64,000 nucleotides of DNA from Octopus sinensis. Lineage: Eukaryota. Below are positions 24,965 to 38,962 of this stretch, piece by piece. The position numbers and the translations under genes are program-made. The notes under the pieces were generated by a model. It did no database searches, was not told the origin of the DNA, and saw only the letters and a list, made by a program, of their open reading frames with translations. The first letter of the stretch is position 1; each line of letters begins with the position of its first letter. The DNA lies in contig NC_042998.1 of the NCBI RefSeq assembly GCF_006345805.1, positions 151,776,001 to 151,840,000 of the forward strand, read 5' to 3'.

Positions 24965-25505
24965 AGAGAACAGTGCTTGCCATCAAAGTAACACTGGGGT
25001 AAAATATACGAAACCCAATATAGCCATCCTGACTACCCGTCTGATAAGGGTACACCAGGCTTATGTTTCACAACCATATGTTCGTGACATAGTGATCTTA
25101 TGCCAAGATAAAAAGTGCCTGACCTTCCAGGTGGTGCCCGTTTAGAATTTTCCTTTGATCGAGTTGCCTATCCCGTTCAAAAAGTCCCTAAATAAGGGTT
25201 GTTTAAGGATGTTGAACAAAACACTCATGTTCTCAGAGGTGATTCATTCAAATACCAAAGAATTCCTCTCAACACATGGCTTTATGATACTCCCCTACTA
25301 ACTCTGCTCGTGGTCAGAAATGCATATTACGTCAGCCACCAAGGGAAACGCTCAAACAACTGACAAGCAAATCTGTGGTATTGAACAGAATACTTGTTAT
25401 AGCCCATCTTTTTATAGAAGACAAAACGAGGTACATGACAGCACTTCCAATCAGTTAAGCTCAGAAGCCATGAGAGCCAGTGTCTGGTATTGCATTAGGG
25501 AAGCA
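24965..25505. repeat. probable interspersed repeat (unclassified) between (AGT)n tracts
   Basis: Complex-sequence block bounded on both sides by (TAG)n; single copy in this window; repeat status is from recollection only. Confidence 0.35.
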
Positions 25506-25518
25506 GCAGCAGCAACAA

Positions 25519-25583
<65 letters not shown>

Positions 25584-26490
25584 TACACTTTTGTCGATGT
25601 ATACACTTAATTTTGAAGCCTCAATCAATTCTAGATTTCTATTAAAATTTCTTGAACATTTTCGCTGAAAAAAATGCTCTGTTAAAACTAATGATGTATT
25701 TATGTGTTAATGCTGGGTTATCTGTGGAGTGCTTGTATTTGGTACCGTCTGCTCGAACGTATTTTACATATATTTATATATATATACATAGACATAATTA
25801 TATATGGAAATGAACGTATATATATATAAACACAATATATAAATAATATAAATATCATATATCACATATATATGAATCATATATATATTATAATACAATA
25901 TATATACATATATATATATGTAGTTAGTGGGTATGTATATGTGTGTGTATATGTATGTGTATATGTATGCATGTATATATATATATATAGTAGTGGCAAC
26001 GGCAACAGTGGTAGAGGTGTTATATATGTGCATGCATACGCATACACACGCACTCACACTGGTATTTAAATGAGTGCATATACAAATGCATGTATGCAAG
26101 TATATATATATATATACCAGTGTGAGTGCGTGTGTATGCGTATGCATGCACAAGCAGGAGTTACTGTATATATGGGTGTATGTATATCCATGTATGCATG
26201 CATATATATGTGTGTGTATTAAGTATTAATGAAGCAACAACCCTTCAAATCATTATCACACCATATTTTGACTGCTTTCTTCAAAAAATATCTCAATGTT
26301 TTTTAGTTTCTTTCTCACTGATCTTCATTTTTGTAGTAATTCTTTAATCCATCAAAGTTTCTACATTATGTCTTCTTTTCATAATCGAGGCCAATTCAAT
26401 GCAAGCCAATATTACTTCATTAGACTTTTTGCATCGCCTACAATGTGTTTGTTGTTTGTCTCTTATGTGCAAGTGGTCTTTTGCTTTAAA

Positions 26491-26825
26491 CAATGGTTCT
26501 CAACCAAGGCCCATATGTAACACGTAAGCTTTTTGGGGTTCCATATAAGTAAAATAGTAAATTGGGTATGCACAGTAGTATTTAAAGGGTGCCTGAAATA
26601 GTTTTGCTTTAGATGTATTTATTGCAAGTCTTTTTCTAATGTTTTTCTGGCCACTGAAAAATGTTCGCTGAGAGAGTACCTACACAAGTGAATAATTGAA
26701 AAGGAAAATAGGAATTCTGAAAGTACCTATAAAACTAGTCTTTAAACACCGAATGGCTACGGGTTCCACAAGAATTAATCGGTAATCAAAGAGGTCCTTA
26801 GATAAAATGTGGTTGAGAAACACTG
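26491..26825. mobile_element. hAT-like MITE
   Basis: TIRs CAATGGTTCTCAACC / GGTTGAGAAACACTG; flanking 8-mers GCTTTAAA / GTTTAAAA (6/8 match). Confidence 0.6.
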
Positions 26826-27002
26826 GTTTAAAAGCTACATAGGTATCCATAATGAAGTTTAATTTCGGTAGTAGTGTTCCTCAGAAGTTACAGATCCTCT
26901 TCGAATCCATCAACAAGGTGAGACAAAGGTGGAAGGTAAAATTCTTGCGACGACACTGGGCCTTCAGAGATAATGGGCTGTTTCATGTTTGATTAACATT
27001 AG

Positions 27003-28025
27003 TTTCAAATTTTGGCACAAGGCCAGCAATTTTGCCTCTAGTACTCAACTGGTACTTATTTTATCGATCCCAAAAGGATTAAATTCAAAATCGACGCTGG
27101 TGGAATTTGAACTCAGAACGTAAAGATGAATGAAATGCCCCTAAGCTTTTTGCTCGGCGCAGTAACAATTCTGCCAAGTTGCCCCCCTTATGTTTGCTTA
27201 ATAGTAACCAAGACTTTAAGGCAGCGGGCTGACAGAATCGTTAGCACATTGGGCCAACTTTGCTTTTCATCCTCTCGGGCCGATGTGGTGGTGGTGGTGG
27301 TGCTGGTGGTTCTGGTGGTGCTGGTGGTGCTGGTGGTGCTGGTGGTGCTGGTGGTGCTGGTGGTGGTGGAAGGAGAAAAAGAAGAAGAAGAAGAAGAAGA
27401 AACCTGTGATTATCTCGTCCTGAAGATGGGAATCAACCCAAAAACCTAGGTCTGTGAATATCACGAAGGCTAGTGATGGGAGCGATAAACTCCCTTGTTC
27501 TTGCTATACGGACGCAAACTGTGTCGGTATCCTGCTGGAAAAATTGTTTTCCTGAGGCTAAACAGCAGTAACATTATCATGTTTAGGACTTCTGCATTCT
27601 GTTGGCAAATAAACTTTACTGCCAATAATAATAATTCTTTCTACTAAAGGCACAAGGCCTGAAATTTGGTGGGAGGGGTAAGTTAATTTCATCGACCCCA
27701 GTACTCAACTGGTACTTTATTGACCCCGAAAGGATGAAAGGTAAAATCGACCTCAGCCGAATTTGAACTCAATAACAGTAGCAACAACGATGATGATGAT
27801 GATGATGATGATGATTTCAAATGTTGGCACAATGCCTGCAAGTTTGAGGAAGAGGGTAAGGCGATTACATCGACGCCACTGCTGAATTGGTACTTATCTA
27901 ATCGACCCCGAAAAGAAAAAAGGCAAAGTCGACTTCGGGCGGAATTTAAACTCAGAACGTAGAGGCGGAGGAAATACCGCTAAGCATTTTGCCCGGCACG
28001 CTAACAATTCTGCCAGCTCACCGAT
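27003..28025 (-). mobile_element. cluster of tRNA-derived SINE family 2 copies (27003-27188, 27640-27775, 27815-28025; short + copy near 27215-27275)
   Basis: Shared GAGCTGGCAGAA..GTTAGC head, CTGAGTTCAAATTCC, CCTTT..TTTCGGGGTCGAT..AAGTACCAGTT core; other copies at 29860-30005, 53790-53910, 54835-54950. Confidence 0.8.
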
Positions 28026-28073
<48 letters not shown>

Positions 28074-28635
28074 GCTGAGGTGTGATAGTGGTTATGGCGT
28101 TTATCACTACATCCCAGCGACACTCTAACCTTTTTGATCTTCCGAAATCTCACGAAAAATCCCAATAAAAAGATCTATAACCAATCAATGAATTGTTTGT
28201 TGTGTGTGTTTCTTGGTGATATCAGCGACATTAATTGTCATCGGCAAAATGTGGACGACTGGTGATTTAGCAACAACAACAGCGACGACGACAAGAACAT
28301 TAACAACAACAACAACGACGGTGACAACGACAACAACAACAACAACAACAATAACACTGAAAACAAGTTTTTTAAAAGCCAACAACAACCAATCATTCTA
28401 TTAGAACTTTAAAGTACGGCAACTATTAATGCAAACACAGCTATCAATGCCATCTTTGCTACCACTACTAACACCATCACTCCCACTACTACCAGAACTA
28501 CTATTACTGCTACCACCTCACTACTATCACTTCCTCTCCTACCATCAGTATTCATTAAAACATTCGCCATCATCATCACCACAATTGTTGGCATAACCAA
28601 CAGCACTACCAACACCTCTACCACTGTTTCCGTTG

Positions 28636-28698
<63 letters not shown>

Positions 28699-30846
28699 GT
28701 TCAGTCATGATCATCACTGTTATTGTCATCATCATAAGCGGTACCACCAGCAGCAGTAGTAGCAGCAATAGTAGTAGCAGTAGCAGTTGCAGCACCACTA
28801 TTACTAGTGACCACCACTATTACTAGACACTTTCTACCTAGTAACACAACCTGCTAGAAATAACAAGTAAATTTCCAACAGCTCATTCTGTACCACGCTG
28901 AAATAACAAGAACACGAGGTAATGTAATTCAACGGTTGGAATGTCGTTGATTATAGACATAGCCCTGCAGAGCTATGTAAGGGATAACCACCACAACTAC
29001 TAATACCAACACCACCACCATCACCAGCACATCAATCATTGGTGATGGTGGTGATGACGTTAATAACACCACCAAACACACTATCACCATGACTATTACT
29101 ATCACCATATCAATCATAAACACCACCGCCGTTAAGACCAGTATATCAATCATAAACTCACCGCCGCCATTGCCACTGCGAATATTAACATCACCAACCA
29201 CACCGTTAGTATCATTTCCACTAACACAATTATTACCACCACATCAATCACATCAGCCGCCAGCTCCACCACTACCACTACCATCACCACTACTACCACG
29301 ATTACTACCATTACCCCCTAACATTCTATTACCACCACCGCCACCACTACCTCTTACTACATTTCACCTTTTCTCTAGTATAGTGAGAGATAGTATAGTG
29401 ACAAAGTTGAAAAAGCTGACGAGGAGTGTTTTCTACACCAAACCCGCCACCAGACATCATCAGTTTGATGAGGAAGGTGTGAATGTAGAAAAATGTGTCA
29501 CTTTACAGCAAATAGGAATGATAGAAGAGGTCATCTTCTTTGGAGCCAAATCTTCAGTTTTCTTTAAGAGTTGGCGCGAACACAAAACATATACTATACG
29601 TTCGTTAATTGTTTTAGGTACCTATATAGTCGCCAGCAGAGACAGACACTTCTCAATCTTGTAGAACATCTAGATTGCGTCTTCCAACTACACAGACATC
29701 GAGGACAACTCGCTAAAGTATAGTGCAATTGATCAGGTCGTATTGAATTGCGAGTGAAAGCTAAACGCTGGGCTTTCTGATAAGTCACAACAGGGACGAT
29801 GCTTGTTTTCCTCGTCTTTGAACAGATTTTCTTTCCCTCTCTCAAAAAGAAATCATACCTTTCAGCGAAGCAGATAGATTAATTACAATATATACGAAAG
29901 ACAAAGTCGACCCCGAAGAAATTTTGAATCAAAACGTACAATCACAAGAAATGCCGATAGGTAGTTTGCCCGGCGTGCTAACGTTTCTGCCAGCATGCCG
30001 CCTTATGTACCTATGCTCATATTAACAGACATACATATACGGAGGTGTGGAAGTAAGGGACGTAAGCACGTTCTCATGTCTGGGTACAAATGTATTTGTG
30101 TGAGTTCTTATCTATTAGTTTCTGGATCAAGTATCGAAAAGTTTTTCCCCTCGAAGTGTACTTTCAATACTATAACTTCACTTCATTTCTCTCTCTCACT
30201 TTCTTTCTCTCTCATTTCTCTCTCTCTCTTTCTCTCTCTTTCTCTTTCTTTCTTTCTCTCTTTCTTTCTCCCTCTCTCTCTCTTTCTTTCTCTCTCCCTT
30301 TCCTCTCTTTCTCTTTCTCAGCCATTTTCTCCTCAAAACGTTTAGTATTGCAGTTGTCCCAATTGCAGTTAATTTAAATTATTTTTACAAATATCATTTA
30401 ATACGCGCATTGCACTCTGCGTTATACGCCAAAATATATACATATATACATTTATATATAAATATATACATAAATATATACATATATACATTTATTTGCG
30501 TGCCATATTTAACATATGTACATCATCTGAAAGCACGATGCTGTTGTTTTTAAGTGGGATAAAGCCTCTTCGTAGACATATTGTGTTAAAAACACAATAT
30601 ATATCTGTGAGACGAACATTACCAAACAGTTTTATCTACTTTGACAACTGCAAGTCTAAAAATAAACCAGACAGATGCCAGCTGTAGACAACCTCTGTAC
30701 AAGATGGTGCAAGATGAATCAATTTTCAATTTTTTCTTCTTTTCCAACAGAACATGTATTTTAAAGAATAACCCATACGATTATATTTGTTCTTGAAATC
30801 TTGTGAGAATTCTTAAGATTGTGCTTTTCCCCTTCTCTCTCTCTCT

Positions 30847-30906
<60 letters not shown>

Positions 30907-30919
30907 ACACACACATACC

Positions 30920-32620
30920 TTTCTAACTTCCTCTATTTTCTACAACTATTGAGAGCACATTAGTAAAAAGCACCATCTTGCCTGGAAATCCATCAAAGAC
31001 CTATCAGGTAAAAATTCTGGGTCATCAATTAGAATCAAAGGGGGATCATCTAAGAAGCGTTTAGAAAATTGGTCAATTCATTTTAAAAACCTACTTGGAA
31101 AGAATGCCAAAATCCCTGATAACCCCACTCTTCCAAGTGTGCCTATATCAAATACGCTGGACATCAACACCTCCCTTTTTACCCTATTTGAACTAACAGC
31201 AGCCACTAAACAACTGAAAGCCTCGAAAGCATTTGGTCCCAACAACATCCCAGCTATAATTTGGAAGGATGATAGATTTCACGTACTTTTACTCAATCTT
31301 TGCGATCACACACTTTCCACTTTTATAGCTCCAAAGATTTGGCACCAAGCTCAAATCATCCCAATACTCAAAAAAGGCGATTTATCCCTCGTCACCAACT
31401 ACAGGGGTATATCTCTAATGTCAATTGCGGCAAAATTGTACAACAAACTGATTCTAAACCGTCTCGTCCCTTTTGTTGAACCTTTGCTCTGAAAGAACCA
31501 AAATGGATTCAGACATGGGCGCTCAACGTTGAGCCAAATACTATGCCTACGCAGACTTATTGAAGAATCGAAAGAATTTAATCGCGATCTTGCAATGGTG
31601 TTTGTAGACTTTTCTAAAGCGTTCGACTCTGTAGATAGGTACAAGATGTTTGAAATCCTTAAGCTCTATGCGATTCATGACAAAATCATTTCTGCCATCA
31701 AGGTCTTCTACACAGATACGTCTTCAACCATCTTAACCCCTGATGGGGAAACATCATCTTTCTCAATCAAAGCCGGAATACTGCAAGGAGACACACTCGC
31801 CCCATTTCTCTTCATCTTTGAAATAAAACCTAGAAGTTCCAGACACCCAGCTGGATACTTAACAGACACTGACTTTGCTGATGACATCGCTCTTATCAGT
31901 GATTCTCTCTCCAATGCCCAGTCTCTTTTATAATCTCTTGAACAAGCCTCAAATTGTGTAGGTCTTTACCAAGACTGAATATATAAACAAGTGCCTGTCC
32001 AACAGTGATTGCATCATCCACACTCTCAACAATACCCCCTTAAATATGGTTTCTGATTACAAATATCTTGGGTCATACATATCATCATCTGAAAAAGATT
32101 TTCTAACTAGACAGGGTATGGCCTGGTCAGCCTGTAATGATATGCATAAGATCTAGTCATCAAATCTAAGTAGAGATGTCAAACTTAAAAATCTTCAAAG
32201 CCACAGTCGAACCAATTCTACTATATGGCTCAGAAACCTGGACGTTATCAAAGAAGTTTGAAAGGTGGTTAGATGGAATAGACACTCGCCTCCTTATGAG
32301 AGCTCAAAATCTCTCATGGAAGTGTCATCCAACCAAAGTACAAATATATGAGAAACTACCACCTGTATCATCTCTTGTGAAAGGTAGAAGAGTCCAGTTT
32401 GCTGGACATTGCTGTAGAGCTGAAAACGAGGTGATTTCTACTCTTCTCCTCTGAAAGCCATCTGCTCGCGATACCAGAGGGCGCACACTCTCCTACCCTG
32501 ATGTAATCTCCAGAGATACAAGCATCCAGCAACAGGACCTCCGTAATGCTATGATGGACCGTGAAGTCTGGCGTAACATAGTAAATTCCATTGTCTCGAC
32601 CACGGTCGAACAATGATGAT
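30920..32620 (+). mobile_element. 5'-truncated RTE/RTE-X-group LINE (RT pseudogene)
   Basis: KKGDLSLVTNYRGISLMS, FVDFSKAFDSVDR, QGDTLAPFLF, TDFADDIAL, EPILLYGSETW; ends in (TGA)n; internal deletion after FLFI. Confidence 0.85.
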
Positions 32621-33535
32621 GATGACAACTATTAAAAAAAAATGTTGTTTGAACCTAGCTTTTAATTTGTATTTTCTACCCAATAAATCTCCATAGGATC
32701 TTGTGTATCTTCCATACAAATAATATAACCAAATCAACAGAAAGAATTTATTATTATTCATGATTCTGTATTTGGCATATCTGTTCTGTTAAGAGCTTCG
32801 GCATTTATAGTGTGTAATTGCGAGTGAATGCAAAGATTCCGTCACAGTAATCTTTGGTGAACCATTCCAGTAATTTGGTCTGGTGTTTATGGATATCTCA
32901 TGATTCACTTGTTTGCAAAAGAACTTTCTAACCGTGCGCTTTATATACGGAACTTTCCTAAGACTGATGCTTTTCTATGCCATATTAATAATTATAAGAT
33001 AGGGTTAGGCGGTGAGCTGACAGAATGTTGAGGACTGGGATCGATGTAATCGACTTGGGTCCATCCCAAATTGATGGCTTTGTGTTAATATTTGAAACTA
33101 ATAATTAGAAGATATTTCATTATAAGGGGTACCACCTACTGTAAGTGTATTAAAAATTGGTGCCAAAATCACGATTGCACTTGTATACACACATCCAGCT
33201 ATACACACAGGCGCGCACGCAAACGCACACGTATACACACATATCTGTATAATTATATGTAAATTTGAGATCCAAGGATTAAGGTGTGGAAAGCTAGTAA
33301 GCTTCGAGCAGTCCGTAGAAGGTATAAAAAACAACTTTCAGGAATAATAGTGGTTTATTGATGTAGAAGGTTGTAAATGTTTTCCATATCAAAGTTCCAT
33401 AAGCTGAAAAAAGTTATTTAATAGTTCATGGTTAGCAAATGCGGTTGATGTGAATGCGAATAGAAATCCAAATTTAGGGAATGACGTAGGTAAAATCAGG
33501 CTACATGTTTTCTAGCTAACAGATCCTCGGAAGTA

Positions 33536-34099
33536 TTGGGTTGTCCGGAAAGTTCGTGCCGATTTTTAAAGGAAAGAAAAGGGTCAATAAATACTTGCCA
33601 TTACATTTTTAATCAACCAAATATGAACCATTTTGTTGCACAATGCGTCTCCCTCTCTCCTTTAACTTGAAAATATTCTCTTCCCAGAATTGAGGTGGTT
33701 ACATAGCAAAGAATTCATCAAGGTATCTTTTATGTCATCCAAGGAATTGAAATTTTTACCATTAAGACTATTCTGCGAAGACATGAATAAGTGGAAATCC
33801 GAAAGAACAATATGTGGTGAACATGGAGGGTGGGGTAACACATCCCAGCAGTGCTGCAGCAATTTTTGTCTGGTTCCCAAAGCATCAAGTGCTGAAAATG
33901 AACTTTCGTACCTTCCATTTTAAAGGGTTACAGAAGTAACACAGGTTATAGGAACATAAACCTACTTCCACGAAAAGATAGCTTAAACTGTGCTCTAAAT
34001 GGAAGTGTAGTTAAATCCTATTTTATGGACTCAACCATGTTCTAAAATATGTCGAAAGGTAAGCTTCTATAAATCGGCACGAACTTTACGACAACCCAA
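33536..34099 (-). mobile_element. short mariner derivative with TA target duplication
   Basis: TA|TTGGGTTGTCCGGAAAGTTCGTGCCGATTT ... AAATCGGCACGAACTTTACGACAACCCAA|TA; internal WDVLPHPPCSP...SDFHLF...LNGKNF. Confidence 0.9.
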
Positions 34100-34554
34100 T
34101 AGTAATTACTCGATGAGAATTACTTATCAAGCCAAATGAAGTTTACAATGAAGGTTACATTGTTATCAATGGATCCCATGTTAACTCACAGGAGATGAGG
34201 TCGAGGTTCTGATAACTAGCAAACATATGTAGCCTGGATTTTACCCTATCCATTCCCTAGATATGTATTTACATATATGCCCATTTTAATTTAAATTGTA
34301 TTATATATATAACCAGTAATTACAAATCCCTGTAATGCTTTGTTGATAACGTAACTCCTTCTGATGTCTGCTATAAATCGTCAAGGTTATTAACGTGTGT
34401 TATGCAAAGTGATGATTTGATAATATAACACGCTTATAAGGTTTGTCCATATATAGCGAATATTATCGTTAATGAACTGCATGAAAGACGACGTAAGTAA
34501 ATAATTTATAAAAACACTCTCAACTTTTGTTTCTTTACACTCTATAGGAAGCTT

Positions 34555-34850
34555 TTATCTTTTACTTGTTTCAATCATTGAAGTGTTTTATTCGAACATT
34601 TATTCTAGTTCCTGAGCCGAACCGCTACGTTACGGAAACGTAAACAAGCAACACCAGTTGTCAGGCGGTGTTGGGGGACAAATGCAAAAACAAAGATACA
34701 CACACATGTGTATGTATATACAACGGGGTTTCATTTTCCGTCTACTAAATCCTTTCACAAAGCTTTAGTCAGCCCGGGGCTACGCAATGGGACTGAACCT
34801 GGAACCACATGGTAGGGAACCAAACTTCTTACCACACAGCCATATCCTGC
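34555..34850 (-). mobile_element. SINE family 1, near complete, short internal microsatellite
   Basis: Head and 3' half both present; homologous to 52865-53310. Confidence 0.8.
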
Positions 34851-34983
34851 GCCTATAAGGTATATTTTTGTACTTATATGCATGCATATGTTTGTGTGTG
34901 AGTGTGTGTATATGTGTATGTCCGCGTGCGTGCATGTGGGAAATCATATACATTTAAGTTATAATGTATGTGTGTATAAATGC

Positions 34984-35020
<37 letters not shown>

Positions 35021-35408
35021 CCAACATGTGTCCCCTCTACCGAAAAGGTAATTATTTCTACGCCAGCTGCTATGTTGTTGTTGTTTTTGTCTCATTTGGT
35101 CTAAAGTCGTAAGACAACCACCGTTATATTTTGTTTATCCATTACTGTTTTCAATTTCGTTTTCGTCTCTTGTATTTACATCCGTCTCTTGCGTTTACAT
35201 TCTTGTCTTCTACCAAGAAATCTAATGCTTACAGCTTAGTTTTTTTCTTGGGGCTGGCCGAGTTGGAGCAAATATCAGAATTGAACAGCCGAAATTTGCT
35301 ATGATGATTCGGTGTCTGACTGAAGATTGAAGGCTTCGAATGATTTGTCTGTGTTCCGTGTTCGTCCCTTCCTGTATTTCACGTTCTTTATATATAAAAA
35401 CATTTATT

Positions 35409-35553
<145 letters not shown>

Positions 35554-35779
35554 GGATGGATGGATGGATGGATACATACATACAGACAGACAGACATACA
35601 GACAAACATATAAATACGCACACATTAGTAATTTTTATTATTATAATTTGGTGTCGCTGTGTTGCTTTATTACTGTAGGAAACCATGCAATAATTAATTT
35701 CTAGATTAATATAATCCTTAAAATTTATTCATAACGATTTGTAGCATTCCGTTTCCGTAAGTGAACGATAATTAAATCA

Positions 35780-35817
<38 letters not shown>

Positions 35818-35988
35818 TTCTCTCTCTCTCTCCCCACTCTGTATGTGTGTGTGTGTATGTGTGTGTAGATGTACATGTGTATGTATGTATGTATGTATGT
35901 ATGTATGTATGTATGTATGTATGTATACATGCGTGCATGCATGTATGTATGTATGTATGTATGTATGTATGTATGCATGTATGCATGT

Positions 35989-36158
35989 GTGTGCGTGTGT
36001 GAACGTGTGCGTGTGTGAACGTGTGCGTGTGTGAACGTGTGCGTGTGTGAACGTGTGCGTGTTTGAACGTGTGCGTGTGTGAACGTGTGCGTGTGTGAAC
36101 GTGTGCGTGTGTGAACGTGTGCGTGTGTGAACGTGTGCGTGTGTGAACGTGTGCGTGT
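35989..36158. repeat. 16-bp minisatellite (GTGTGCGTGTGTGAAC)n, about 10 copies
   Basis: Direct reading; one variant unit with TTTGAAC. Confidence 0.9.
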
Positions 36159-37956
36159 GTATGTATTCGTAATCCATATGTATATAAAATACTAACTTCC
36201 GTTTTTAACTAGAAAAAATATAAAATGGCTGAAAAATGAGCGGAAAATATGGATTTGACAAAGAAAATGCGAGCCGCTGATTTTATTACTGAACCCCTAA
36301 TTAGAAAATTTAGTCGTAACTCTTTCACTATAGTTCTTAGAATAATTAACATACTGTTTTTCTCAGCATTTTTTATTACGTTTGCAAACTGCCCTCAATG
36401 CGAAATAATGGATGAATATTTTCTAAGATATATTATTGTTCCCATTAGGAAGGCAGCAAATGTCAGTTTATATATTTTGTAGCTTATATACCCGGTTAAA
36501 AAAACACGATGGGTTCTCAAGTGAAAACTATTCGCGTTTCATCTGACACTACCATCATATCTTAATGGCCAAAATTATTCCTTGAAAGCATTAACGAAGT
36601 CTTTAAATCTATCAAGCTTGATATAGGTTCGTTCAGAGTATATTGCTGGTATTTCATTTACTAATTTTAGAGTGCTAATTAGAAGTTGCCCCTCACGAGA
36701 TTTGAGCTCCTCATAGACACGAAACTAAATAAAACTCGGTATCCACTATTGAAACAATATTAAATGAAAATGTCCATCTAGATATACTTAAAGCGTGAAA
36801 ACAGTGAACAGGCATGATGCTGTAGTTATTGTCCGAGGGAAAATTTGTTCATAGATATGTTGTGTTAAAAACATGATAGATATATTGAAACGTTTCAACT
36901 TCCTTGAAGTGAAGCAAGCTGAAGCGCGTTTAACGTTTTTGTGGATCACAGCTGGGTCGGTGTTCGTCTCGTTCATTCGACGTGGCAATGGGAGCATTTG
37001 ACAGTGCGAATATCTGTAACATCCAAAAGACACCTTAAATAAGAAATGCCTCTCAACACACGTTGGCCAATACAGAAACAATAGTTTTGACAGGCTTAAG
37101 AAAATCTAACATACTTTGGATAGACTTAGGAAAGATTTAATACATATTCTTAATTCTAACTGACTTGCCATACTATATTTCTTTGACATAATGCTCAATT
37201 TGGGTACCGGTTCATACATGCCTCACTGCAAATTTAATGAGAATCTGTCGTGCATCGGTACAAACTCCTTCCAAGCCCCAATAGTCTTTTTAAAAAAAGC
37301 CGAAAGGGTGTCAGTAAGACAATTTCGAATCTTTCATCGAATAAAAATATTTTCAACTCTGCTAGCCTCTGTTATAACTTAGCTCTAGCAGCATCATTAA
37401 AATGCCTGGCCCTAACACCCACATGAAAGGACCGCCGAAAAATTTGGTTTGCTCCTTTATTTCACTCAATGTGAACGCCTGCATAGAAAGAACCTTCCTA
37501 AGATTAGTGGATAGGCATTTCACGTCTCATAAGTGTTGTTCAGTCGTGCACCGCGTGTCAAAAAGACATTAGTGAACGTTCCTAAACCCTGCACAGAGGC
37601 AGAAGGCTCATGCAGAGTAAACAATGAATACTCACGAAATGCAGTATTGAGGCCATCATCTACGAAGCAGAGGTGATGTTGTCCAGACACAGCAACACAC
37701 ACGCACGCGGTAACGGAAACGAGCTGATAGTATATGTATGTGTGTGCGTGTGTATGGATGTAGGTGTGTCTTTGTGTCTATGTTTGTCACACGTTCCACC
37801 ACCACTTGACAATCGGTGTTGGTGTATTTACATCCCTGTAACTTAGAGACCGACAGAAAAAGTACTACAGTTCTATATTTAAGAGACGAGGAATTATGTA
37901 CATTATTTGCATTATTTACATTTAACGGGTATTTGTGCTCATCTTGTTTGTTGTTA

Positions 37957-38000
37957 ACACAACGTTTCGGCTGATATACTCTCCACCCTTCATCAGGTGC
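37957..38000 (-). ncRNA. minimal type-I hammerhead (one stem II mismatch)
   Basis: GCAC-CUGAUGA-A-GGGUGGAGAGUAUAUCAGCC-GAAA-CGUU|GUGU. Confidence 0.7.
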
Positions 38001-38110
38001 CTTGGGGAAATTTCGAATCTGGGTTCTCATTCCTAAGGTATTTTTCGATGTTCTTCTTCTTCTTCTTCTTCTTCTTCTTCTTCTTCTTCTTCTTCTTCTT
38101 CTTCTTCTTC

Positions 38111-38206
<96 letters not shown>

Positions 38207-38215
38207 CTGTTGTTG

Positions 38216-38250
<35 letters not shown>

Positions 38251-38253
<3 letters not shown>

Positions 38254-38729
38254 TAGTTTTATTTTTTTAGCGTGCTTTCACTTCACTACCGAGCGCAGCT
38301 CTGTGTGCCTTGGGTATGTGCTGTGATTTGTTGTGATGCTCTGATGGTTATTGTATGGAAAGTGTTCTGCGTAGGACGTGTGCAGTGCCTAGTAGTGCAA
38401 TTTTCTGTATGTTATATGTGTTTGTAAGTCCTGGTGTTTTTGTTATGTATTTGTCTGAATATTTTTTTATCATGCCTAATGCACCTACTATGATAGGAAT
38501 TGTTTCTGTTTTCAGGTTCCACATTCTAGTTACCTCTATTTCCAGGTCTTTGTATTTTGAGAGTTTCTCCATTTCTTTTAGAGACACGTTGTCATCAGCC
38601 GGTATTGATACATCAATTAGAAAGCATTTTTTTTCTTCATGGTCTCTGACAACTATATCTGGTCTGTTGGCCTTAATTTCTCTATCTGAGAATTTCTCTA
38701 TTGAGAGTTTCTCCATTTCTTTTAGAGAC
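38251..38729 (-). mobile_element. R4/Dong 3' fragment (same family as 16968-19672)
   Basis: ANRPDIVVRDHEEKKCFLIDVSIPADDNVSLKEMEKLSKYKD...ALLGTAHVLRRTLSIQ plus matching 3' UTR. Confidence 0.9.
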
Positions 38730-38848
38730 TATTATTATTATTATTATTATTATTATCATTATTATTATTATCATTCAGGTCACTGCGTTGAATTGAACTC
38801 GGAATCTTGTGGTTAGTAGCCCGCGCTCTTAACCTCTCCGCCATATGC

Positions 38849-38885
38849 CCGAGTTCGATTCCAAGCAGTGACCTGAATGATGATG

Positions 38886-38962
<77 letters not shown>

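Larger units (their letters stand above)
37867..38850 (-). mobile_element. tRNA-headed, hammerhead-containing SINE-like element (long copy, spacer expanded by a nested R4 fragment)
   Basis: GGGCATATGGCGGAGAGGTTAAGAGC..GAGTTCAATTC head; (TAA)n spacer; AACATCGAAAAATACCTTAGG..HHR..AATGTACATAATTCC tail. Confidence 0.75.

Noticed and set aside
24965-25505. HDV-like ribozyme at the end of the unclassified repeat
   Set aside because: Could not build the nested double pseudoknot
29379-29476. Possible host exon (CATTTCACCTTTTCTCTAG acceptor; frame IVRDSIVTKLKKLTRSVFYTKPATRHHQFDEE)
   Set aside because: Weak donor (GTGTGA), no recognisable domain and no partner exons; would need RNA-seq or a homology search
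35989-36158. CRISPR-like periodic repeat
   Set aside because: No spacers; a simple minisatellite in eukaryotic DNA
38780-38850. tRNA gene
   Set aside because: No acceptor-stem closure and it continues into a repeat body, so it is treated as a SINE head
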